Origin: Enoplolaimus lenunculus
Taxonomy: Eukaryota
DNA length: 64,000 nucleotides
Assembly (NCBI GenBank): GCA_030248215.1
Contig: JASANG010002922.1
Coordinates: 186,001 to 250,000, forward strand
Direction of reading: 5' to 3'
Under the pieces are notes generated by a model that did not search any database, was not told where the DNA came from, and was given only the letters and a program-made list of their open reading frames with translations. Shown one piece after another: positions 53,401-64,000 of this stretch. A program made the translations under genes and the position numbers. The first letter of the stretch is position 1. Every line of letters begins with the position of its first letter.

Positions 53401-55656
53401 TATCTGTTTCTTTATGTACGTATAGATGAGACAGTATGTATTAATTTTGTAGCTATATGTAGTTATGCATGCATGTGATATTCAGGGAGCAGCGGAAATT
53501 TTTGTTCCGGTCCGGCATTTTTACCTTACGGTTTCGGCAAATTTGCACCGGAATTAACAATTCCGGTCTTAAATTTTGGTATTAAGCATTTTACTAAAAA
53601 TGACGGTAAAAAATAAATTATATTTCATTAGTATAGTACGTATATAGACATTGACAATCACCGAAAATAAATCAACAAAAGCAGATTTCGCTTTTCGATT
53701 CTGTAGATAACGAAAATCTAAAATACAGGAGATTAAGTAACTACATATTTTCAACTAAGGTTATTTTATCAATAATATAACAAAAAAAAATTGAAATGAA
53801 TTTTTCGGTGGAGTTTAAGCATATTTAAACTAGAACAAATTTAATTTATTAGTAATATATTTTAGCTGGAAAATATATTGACTGAATATGCGGACAATGG
53901 TCTTCATCGATTTGGACGTGGAGATTCTGTTGAAGTTACTATGGGATGGATTCGTTTGCAGCACGATGTAAGCTTTTGTTAGATAGGCCTAGGACAATGC
54001 TTTCCAATGCCTACAGCGTAAGCAAAGCATGAACCTTTTTCTAGTCCCAAGCGTTAGTTAATTTTAACATAAAATGTACAAGGAAGTGTACAAGTAGCCT
54101 ATTTTTGTTTTAGTTTGAATGCTGCGGTGTGACAAGTTATCGCGATTGGAATGATACTGACGCGTTTGCAGGAACACAAGGCGACGTGCCGCCTTCGTGT
54201 TGCCGCAATTCAACGCGACAAAACTGTGGCGAAAATGTTGGTAGTATGGAGACCGAGGAAGAAAAAGTCAAAGCGATATATGTAGAGGTAAGTAGCCTGA
54301 GTGAACGATGCTTTTAGTTGATTTTAAGTTTGTGTTCGCGAATTCTTTTAACAGACCCTATCGGCAATCAGCCTTAAATATAGTTTAAACAAGCGAGTTA
54401 TGGTTTCTGAACATAAAGATGGCAGAAACGGTTGTCGTGTTATAAACGTTTTTAAAACGCGAATTGCGTTTATATTTTTCACACTGGACTTTAAATTTAT
54501 GATAACAGAAAAATAATTTAATTTTCACTGAACATCGTGCAGATATGACTCTAGTTGGTCGATGTTTAGTTTTTTATAATACTGTTGTTGGTTAAAACTG
54601 CTTTGTGTTAAAATATCGGTTCGGTGCCACAAACCAGAAACTGGAAATTTTATTTTTGCAGGTTTATTTTTTAAATTTGAAATCAAATCGTAATTGTTCA
54701 TTTATTATAATAATGAATGAATTGAATTGTTAATCTGGTATGCGATATGTTTTGTCTTCGTTTAGTTCTTTGAGGCAAATGACTCGCAATGAATATTTGG
54801 ATTGTCACTATGTGTTTTAGCTGACCTCCATGTTATTTATCACAATATATTATAATGCATGTTTTTGTAGCATAACAGTTTTACGTGTTTAGTTTTAATT
54901 CTATTCATTTTTACTTTTAGGGCTGTTTTGCAAAAATGAAAAACTGGTTAGGAAGCAATTTGGCAGTGGCCGGCGCGGTGGCATCTTGTTTAGCAGTTCT
55001 CCAGGTAAGAAGCGTATGTAATTATACTTTTGATGATTAGAAATGTCGAACGTCATTGAAGAACAATCGCTGCATGGATTTTTACAAAGCCACGTTTTGC
55101 AAGCTGTGTGCCCTGATATTGGTTCCTAACAGGTTTTAGATTCTCTATTAGACAAGTGTGACTTGAAATAGGGTGCCAAGATACATAGATAATATCTATC
55201 CTCGTTTGAAATTTGGAAATATTGAAAATACACTGTTTATAAATTTAGCGCAATGCTCATAGTGTCGCTTTTTTGTTACGAACAGGAATCACTGGAGGTT
55301 GCTTAATGTTCACTGTTCATTATACATAGTACCTACCGTCCATGTTGCTGCTTTTAGGGTCGTACCGTTTTCTAGTGGGACTCCAAAAAAGTAGGTTTGT
55401 AGTTATGGTCAGAATAAAGTGCATCCGCAGATGAAGGAGGTCGCAGTCGGACGCAGATGCAAACGCACACAGCGGTTGTCAACATCAAAATGCACGTCAC
55501 AGTAGTAATTATAGAAAATTTGCAGGACGCTTTAGCGAAATTTGTTCCATAATTTTGACTAATAATTAATGAAACTTCTTATTCTAGGTTTCGTGTCTGT
55601 TTTTGTCGTGTTGCTTCGCACATAGATTGCATCAGGAGTATCAGAAGCCGACCTGA
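50406..55656 (+). CDS. Tetraspanin (CD63-like), 253 aa
   Basis: Seven phase-0 exons: 50406-50474, 51160-51348, 51885-51959, 53866-53967, 54114-54287, 54921-55004, 55588-55656. Motifs CLKYIIMILN, GLIGCCGAIRENYCL, LQHDFECCG..DW, VPPSCC, IYVEGC; four hydrophobic segments. Confidence 0.95.
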
Positions 55657-55721
55657 TTATATTTTACTTAATATAATATGCATTAGGCTATTTATCTGTA
55701 AATTCCAGATTGTAACTAAAC

Positions 55722-55970
55722 TGTATGCGTGAGTGGGTGTTTAAGCAGTTAGGAACTGGGACTTCAGACGTTTTAACTGTTAAGCAGCTGGTAAAGCGGC
55801 CTCCAAAGCCGGGATTGAACTCTCAGTCTACGGATGTTTAAGCGAACACTCTACCACTGAGACCCTTAGACGACTATATGTCGACATGTATGGTGCAGGC
55901 TAGTATAGAACAACGCACTGCATTATATTGCATGTGCACATAACGGACAAGCATTTGTCATATGCTTACA
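55722..55970 (-). mobile_element. TG...CA-bounded repeat with a tRNA-like core, ~65 nt after the tetraspanin stop codon
   Basis: Ends TGTATGC / GCTTACA; shares TAAGCGAACACTCTACCACT and GGACAAGCAT..ATGCTTACA with 30555-30769. Confidence 0.65.
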
Positions 55971-57234
55971 ATAATCTCACGTATTAGTGTATCAAAGTCT
56001 GCGGAACATTTGCATAAAATGCTGTAAGACTTGCCCTACCACTGGCTAGGATATTTGTAACTATTCAGTTCCAATTCAGGTATTGCCATGCCGTAGCTTT
56101 ACTAATCTGTAACAAACAAGAAATGATTTACGGTTTCGTTCATTCCATCACAAGTCTTAAGCCCGTGATATATGTATATAAATAATTAAGTAGGCAGTAC
56201 ACCAGATACACGTTTTTGGTGTAACCGAAGCAATCGTTTTGTCGCTTGATCGTAAAGCAGCGTATGACTTAGTAGAATGGGATTTTATCTTCAAAACTTT
56301 CAAAACAATGTGCTTTGGTCCAAATTTACTACGGCAGTTGAATTGTATATATATATAAAAGGCACTTTATTCGTTCTTCTGTGATTGTAAACGGTCATGT
56401 GTCAATGCCATTTAATGTGTGTCGCGGAGTTTAGTCAAGTATATCCGCGGCCAATGTTAATCGCCGTCAATTGATGTGGTTTCATCTGAAGATATAGGTC
56501 GTTTTATAAGAATCACAAAAATGTTTTCTGCGAAATATCTTTGCGGTGTAAACATTTGTATTACTAATTATGCAGATGATACTTGTCTCTTCGTTAAACA
56601 TTGGATTGACGTTGAAAAAGTAATGCACATTTTTGAGTGTTAGAAATTTAGTTTCTGGTAGCTGCTTAAATATAACGGCCCATGTAAAGATCAGGGGTGG
56701 AATGTTTTCTGTGGGACTAGAAGAGAGCAAGCATAAGCTTTAGACTGATGAATTTGCTTGGCTTAGGCTTAGGCTTAGGAATACGCTCATTCTTAGGCTT
56801 AGGTGTAGGAATACGCTCATTCTTATGCTTAGATTTAGGCTTAGTCTTAGGAATATTCTCACAATACTGTTCCGCCCCTATTCTATAGAAATGGTGGATT
56901 TAGTGAAAGTTTACAGAGTTAATTGTCTATTTACGTGTCGTGTCACATAAAGAACTTCTCAGTTGGAGGAATTTTTTTGAACATATTTTAATAAATTTGA
57001 AGGACTTTCTCGCAAACAGTCTAATGTACCGGATTTCTACAAAGAAATAAAATTGGCCTTAATTGATTGTAAATTCAGAGGGAATGAGAAATTTTTCTCG
57101 TTTATGGGAGCTTGGTTTTGTATGAATGCAGTTTTTCCTAAAGTTCTAAACAACACGTGAGTGAAGTATTTATATCATGATTCTGTGTGGCAACGTGATG
57201 TGATATGGTGCAATTTGTTAGCTTGATGCCAGTA

Positions 57235-57752
57235 CTGTAGTGACCCGAATAAGTTAAAATACACTCATATTGACGTACACTCAGAATAGAAACCAATTGT
57301 TATTAATACCTCCCGCTTGTTTTCTATTTCTTCAGAAATTTAGTATTAAACTAGAATTGCAATCTGATACTGTATTGACCCGAATAAGAGGGGGGACTGA
57401 TATTTATTTGGCCTCTCCAGAGGGTACCACCCTTGTTATTCCGTTACGGACTGTTTATTTTCAACCAGCCCTCCGCCACCCTTCCCTACTGATATATCCG
57501 ATACTGCAATTATCCGTTGAATTAAACGTTTTTGCCTTGCATCAAATGCTTGAGCGATAATGCAAGGCAAGGTTATACTTTGGAGTGTTGCTTTCAAAAT
57601 TTAAGTGCACGTTAAAATGTCGGACTCAGGATTATTTGGTCCACTAGTCATTAACGCGCTTCTGTTAGGGATATATAACTGACATTTATGGACTAATTAG
57701 GGATTATCCACTTACTCAAAATGGAGACCCCTTCTTATTTGGGTCACTACAG
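57235..57752 (+). mobile_element. CTGTAGTGACCC MITE, TA-flanked
   Basis: TA|CTGTAGTGACCCGAATAAG ... CTTATTTGGGTCACTACAG|TA. Confidence 0.8.
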
Positions 57753-59056
57753 TAGTATTATGTAAGTATAGGTCTTGGGAGTGGGCAAAAACCAAGTTTA
57801 CTGAAGGCCGGGTGTGAAATTTGCATTATAAACAACGTTTGAAAACGCGGCGCACAAATAATCGTGTAGCTCAATTTACAGATACAGGAAATGGTTGTAA
57901 ATTTTGTCTTACCATTGGAACAACGGATATTGATGAAAACGTCTCAAAACGAACATTTTAGATGTCTTTGTAGACTCAAAATTTCAATGGGCTGGTATAA
58001 ATTTCACCGTTATTTTTTTGGTATAACATATTGAAGTCAGATCATATTGCATATTAAACTTAGCAAATATTTAAAAGAATATATATGGGTGCTTCACACG
58101 GCGAAAGTATTATATACTGTTATGCCCATAGATAAACGTTATAAAATCACAATAAATCATTCAGATATATGCAACAGGATGCAACTGGACGTGAAAAATA
58201 CCGCAGCCGGAACCGTAGGTCAACGAAATTGCCGGAGGTGAGGTGAAATTAAGTAGGTAACATTTGGTTTATTAATTATTAAATTTTAGCCAATATCTAC
58301 ATTATGTTGTTAAGTTGTTTGATTTTACGCTAATTTTCTTCGAAATTTTGTAATTTGTTTTCTAAAAATTGTGACAGAAAACAAAACGCGCTATAAAACA
58401 GATAAATTTTGCACAATCATGCAAAAGTTTGCTACCGATATTGCCGGAACCTCCGGTAAAAATTCTACAGGAGCCGAAGGCCGATTTTCTGCCGAAATCG
58501 GAGCCGGAGGCAGGCTCCGGTTGTGCCCTGGTATGCAACAGTAGTTCAATATAAAAAAAGACATTTCTTGACCTCCGGCTCCGATATTTTTTACCTGTTA
58601 CCTTGCTACAATCAACATACCTATCTTCTTCAAAAATTTAGAAAGCTGGGTGACATTGACTTTCGCTACATCTGTTTCCCTTGCTTTTATTACGTGTTTC
58701 CATCTCTGCAGAAAACAACCTCTCTATGTCTGGTCTCAAGCTCCGTGAGCTTTTCACCCATGGTCGTTAATAGCATAATATAAAGCATTGTAGTTCAAAA
58801 GGTTATGGATTTTTTAAACTTTCAGAATTTGGCACCTTCGAACATCAAAAGCGGCGGAAAAGTTGATATAGTGTCTGGCTTGCAAAACCATGGCTAGTTT
58901 TATTTTGACGTAAGTCCGGGTTTGACCTAATAAAGTCAAAGGTTTTCAATTAGTTTTTTTGCTTGCCAGTTGCTGTTGGTTGCAGATTTCATACTATAAT
59001 AGCTTCTAGTACAGAATTTGATGTAATGGGAACCGAGCTCTTGTCAAAATGTTTAA

Positions 59057-59316
59057 CCCTTTCTCACATGAATATTTTCTATTTCCCCTGAGACCTACTT
59101 TTATGCTAGGATTCGAACTCGGGTGACTGGAGTGGGAGGCGTATACCATCACCACTCAGCTATAGGAGCTTGATGCTCGAGCCCGAGGGGGCTCTCACGT
59201 CTTGTGGTGATATAGTACTATGTATACGTGTTGCAATTGTTAAACACAGTGCGATATACATTATTTAACGTATATGCACTGCAAGTTGCCTATAGGCAAC
59301 TCAATGTGAGAAGGGG
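59057..59316 (-). mobile_element. piggyBac-type MITE with tRNA-like core, copy 2
   Basis: TTAA|CCCTTTCTCACATGAAT ... ATGTGAGAAGGGG; closely matches the reverse complement of 36082-36344. Confidence 0.8.
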
Positions 59317-60121
59317 TTGTTTGACTTTAAGTCGGCTGTCCATCTTTAGTTCGATCGCCTTAAATGTCGTGTCTCCAGCTATTAGTTATCGTTAACTATA
59401 GCAACCTTAAGCTTTGTCTTAGTTTTCTGTTATTAATCTTACAATTCAACGTTAATAATAGAGGTCAAAAAGGAAACACTGTTAATACTAAAACTTGACC
59501 ACAGAAACCTTCTTGAAATATTTTACGCTCCATGAAAATGCGCAAAACTTGGTAGAGGTTTTGCAGAAACAAACCAAGAAAAAGCTTAGAAAAGTGTTTG
59601 TGAACTCTCATGAGAAACTGTTAACACGAAAAATATTTCCAGGACCACTCACTATGCTGTTGTATTGTACAGAAAAGTATGCTATTCGTACACTTATGAC
59701 GAAACGTTAAAAATTTTCGGTATACTTCACACAAATGATTAAAAGCTGTAAAAGGCTTCGGCCACCACGTGGTTTTATTTAAATAATTTGACTAGTTGCA
59801 CCACCGAAGACCTTAAAGAAACCAATACAGAGAGGTATGAGTATTTATTGCCAAACATTTTCTTCGTGAGTTGATATCAATTTTGGGTAATATTCGTGAG
59901 CGTAAAAACTAATACCACGAACAGTATATTTACTAAGCTAGGCAAGTTCTTAGTTAAGTTCTGGTTTCTCCTTACAATGGTGAGCAGCCATCGGAATTAT
60001 TAAGCATGATGCTGCATATTCACATGTGTAGGGCGTTATGGGTTGGTGTTTTTAATTTCTAGTGCATTGTTAATGTTTTTCAGCATATTCAGTGTTTCTG
60101 TAAAACATATCAGTGTAAGCA

Positions 60122-62716
60122 ATGGTTGGCTTTTCAGAAAGGCCCGTATCACTTGGTAAACGAGCGAAGAAATCCAAATTTTTCAAGTCAAAGTGCGGTA
60201 AATTATCGCAGAGCACCAGTTCAAATCGAGTACTTGAGGCAAATTGTGCAGGATTCTTGATTACGTGCAATAACGGTAAAGAAGCGCACGCGACTCGTGA
60301 AGCCATTCAGATAATCAGCGAGCTCGTGTCAGAGGTTAGTGATATAGGCAATGTCGAATATGCGGGTTATTAGGGCCGGTATTGCCTTTATATCCTATTT
60401 ACTGCATGTATTAAATGTACTACGCAGGTTATAAAAGGAATTCTTATATTTATTTTCTGACAAAGCAATAAGCTATACGTAGCGATCACTACATTTGTAT
60501 ATTTTGGAAGGTTATTGCGCATAAACAGTTAGAATCTCCTACGAGTAAAATAGATTTCTAAGCTTTTTTTTCATTTCTTTATTTGTAACCATTTGATTAT
60601 TTAATTTAAGTATGAAGTATGGCTGATAGAAATCTAAAAATAATATTTTGGTGAAATAATGCCGGATTTAATGCTGGAACTGGGTAGTGAATGGTGCCAT
60701 TTTACCTTATTGGAACCTGAGTTCCGGTTGCATCCTGAATTCAGTTTATATGTATGCTTTATTACTTCATTGTCGAATATACAATAGTATTCTAAGTTAA
60801 TCTCAATTGTGAAATGTATCTTACTTACTTATTTTTTATGTTTCTTAGAAGTATGTTGCAAACTTAAAAGAAACAAACGAGAAGTCATCTCGGGCCGTAG
60901 CCAAGGGGGCTCTGCCTCTCCTGGAAATATTTTGGCCCCTTAGAAAGTTTTCAACCTTGCTTGCAACTTATTGAAAACTCTTTTATGCCCTCTTGAAAAT
61001 TTTTAGCCCCCCTAGCGAGGTGAGCTGGCTACGGGCGTGAGCCACCTAAAAATTTGGAACGAATATAAGTTATACACGTATCATGTTGGTAAAATATTTT
61101 AATGCAATGGTTTCAGGATGTCGTAGTTAGTTCGAAGAAAACTGACCACACATCTGATGATACAGGTAAAGATACTTTGGATATATTCTATACAATGAGA
61201 GATCGGACCTGAACCCGGATATCCTGTTGTACGTTGTGCAGATGTGCACATGCAAAAATCAACATATGAATAAATTTAATGCAGGAAAATTGTTTTGAAT
61301 TGTTTGAAATGCAGAATCAGGGGCAAAATATTGAGGGTAACCAAATGTAGAGCGAGTTGGGCATTTGCCAAATCAAGTTTATGGTTTCCAAACTAATGTT
61401 GAATTAAATTTGTGCCTTTCAGAGTCTACTGTCAACAATTCGACTGTTCGTGAAAGCAGTGAAGACTTTGAAGCAGCTCTAAAATCTGAATGTGACTCAT
61501 TACGAACTCGTTGTAGTTTCAGCGGCAAAAAAGAAGCCGCATCCCCACTGATAAGCTACAGAACCAGTGTGAAAAATGTAGTTTTTGTTGGCCTGAACAA
61601 GTCCAATTTTGGCTGTAGCGCCGATGGTCAAGCTCGAGCTTCGACTTCAAACGAATGTTCACGGTTGAGCGGCGTGCAAACTGACGTCGAACTAAACCGA
61701 AGTGACACTGACTTTGATCCAAATGCGGTTGTGCTCAAAGTTTTTCGCGATGTTGTGGTACGTAGGTCTGATTTTATGTGGTGAGTTGAAATGATTGTTG
61801 AAGTTCATTGTTTTTGGAATGATCCCAGTTGGCATACACACCCGTTATTCATCCAGTTTTACGTTTTCTGATCTTGTCAGTCTGAGCCCGAAATTATCAT
61901 AATATTTACTTCGTTTTCAAGGGCGTATTGGTAGGGAAACGTAGAGATCAAATCCCACTGATAGGACTAAATTGCAGACGTAGTTTTAAAAATGGTGCCA
62001 TTTCAGTTTTGCTAAAACTACCGGTACAAAAATATCTGCCGATTTACCTTAGATAGCGTCCACGGCGTATTCCGACATATAATACTAAACTTATGTTATA
62101 TTATAAAACCGTTGTAGCGAAAACCTTGAAAACTTGATGTTTGTTCAACCGCATAGCATAGTTTTGAGTTGTACCGCAACCGTTGCAAAATTTTTATGAA
62201 AGGCTCTATTTGGAAATCGTATATTTGAAATTACCATTTTAGGTTAACAGTAAACAACAGTCTCGATATATACTTCGACTAATGCCAGTTATAAAAACCT
62301 GTCGTGCAAGCGATTTAAAGACAATTGTTGCGGCAACTTATGGAGTTCTTAAAGAACGCTTACCAAGTGATTGTGAACGAACGTTCACGTTCGGAGTTCA
62401 CATTAAAGTCAGAAACAATTCTGGCCTTGAAAAAGTTCGGTTAATGGAAGCTGTCACTCAAGATTTGCGCTGCTTGTTCCCGTTTCTTAAAATCGATTTA
62501 TCAAATCCGGAATATTTGCTCGAGCTCAACATTCTTCGAACTGTATGTTGTATTTCGTTGATGGAAAATTATGTCAAATATAGAAAATATAACTTGTTGG
62601 AATTAGCATTGAACGCAAGTAAAAGGATCAGAGAGGATAGTTTTGAGGTCGCAAGTGAGCCAAAAAGAGTTTTTGTTTCAGAAAGCCAGGGTGCCTCAAA
62701 TCTTGCCTCGGTGTAA
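60122..62716 (+). CDS. THUMPD1: THUMP domain-containing protein 1 (Tan1-like tRNA acetylation adaptor)
   Basis: In-phase exons 60122-60334, 61117-61165, 61423-61757, 62243-62716. Motifs GFLITCNNGKEAHATREA, DFEAALKSE, SVKNVVFV, SRYILRLMPVIKTCRA, KVRNNSGL, IDLSNPE, YRKYNLLEL. Confidence 0.9.
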
Positions 62717-64000
62717 CTTTGTATTTGAGTTGCTTCAATCAGGTTTAACCAGTGAGTTTTTGACTTTCAAAAGTTGAAGTTGACATTTTTTGAGTTTTTC
62801 TGTATAACTAATTAGTAACATATTGAAACAGGTGAAATCTAAGAATTTAGCAAAATTTCTTAAATATCGATTTGACGGTTAAGCAGTGAAAGGCTGCAAA
62901 AGTGTGATAAAAGTATTTTTCGATAACAGATGTTTTGGACTATCCGGTTCCGGTGGAAAATCCAGTTTTTTGCCTTCCGGTTTTGTTTCCGGTATTTTCT
63001 AATTCAGATTGCACCGTAGCTTTAGATAAAATGCGAAGTTTATGTTTTGTGTTAAATTTAAAATGTATCAGTTTAAGTAAAATTATTCAGCCTGAGTTTT
63101 TGTACAACCACTGCTCTGAGCAAGCAGTCCAATGATTTTGACCAATCAGCCCGTCGTCTCTATCGAATTGGTTGGTCACTTGGTCTGGCAACCACCTCTG
63201 ATCTGCGACTGTTCGGCACGGAGCGTAATGGTATACACCTGCACCCATATTTTTGATTGGACGGCCGGGACACCAGTTTATAGTCTTGTTGGAACAGCTT
63301 CGATACAAGTTATGTTAACACAGCTTCAGACCATCTTTTTTGCTACGATAGCTGTGAAACCTTGCTCTATATTTTCATCCGACAGCTTTTACCTTTGGGC
63401 TTCTGAAGGGCACATGACGTATAGAACAGGACATAATAGTTTAGTTTTGTATGAATTTCGTAACTATGTCACATTGAAGATTTACAACATAATAATCTGA
63501 TTTATAACTAAGTTTGAGCATAAAAATAATGAAATTTCTATTTTTACCGGAATGGCGGATGGTTTTTCAATTACATCAAATAATCGACAATTTTATACTG
63601 CCTGCCCACTTAAGATGTTTTGCGTTCTCACGGGAGCTGTCACCCTTTTAACCTTCCCAAGGTATAGATCACCCTAAACAGGACGGGGTATCACCCCCAA
63701 CAACCCAAAAATTACTAACGCAATACTTTTAGACTGTGTTTTTGGTATTCTAGTATGAGAACCGCTTAGTGCGGGAGGGGCTTAGGAGTCGGCAGGCTCC
63801 CATTTTGCTTTAGAGCCCCTTGAAAAAGGGTGATTCAGGAGGTGGGCACAGAAATTTTTTTGCAGAAAATTTCATTCGGAACAAACAGTACGTGTGCGGC
63901 AATTCTAAGCTGCGATTTTGGAACCAATTTTTTTCAAGTTTAGCTGAGGGAAGCAACGTTTTTCCACGCGACTGCAATAGAGTAAGCTTAAGCTGTCGAC

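Noticed and set aside
63087..63500. Overlapping ORFs downstream of THUMPD1, possibly the end of a convergent gene
   Set aside because: No recognisable motif and no consistent splice model could be built.

Overview
AT-rich, intron-rich animal genomic DNA, most likely nematode because the abundant telomere-like repeat is TTAGGC (inference). Five spliced protein-coding genes were reconstructed by hand from GT-AG exons with consistent phases. They are a CLEC16A/gop-1 orthologue (minus strand, 19 exons seen, running off the left edge), a WASP-family actin nucleation promoter (plus), a secreted three-finger/LU-like, probably GPI-anchored protein (minus), a tetraspanin (plus) and THUMPD1 (plus). The rest is dense with short transposon-derived repeats. 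These include a MITE family with 8-bp target duplications carrying TTAGGC arrays, CACTG-ended and TA-flanked MITEs, a Helentron/DINE-like element, piggyBac and pogo transposase relics, and several unrelated short elements that enclose tRNA-like cores. The most unusual observations are the WASP architecture (no WH1 found, proline-rich block N-terminal to the CRIB, WIP-type WH2), the telomere-repeat-carrying MITE and the tRNA-like cores inside non-SINE termini. No database search was possible, so novelty is unproven. No CRISPR array or prokaryotic system is present.
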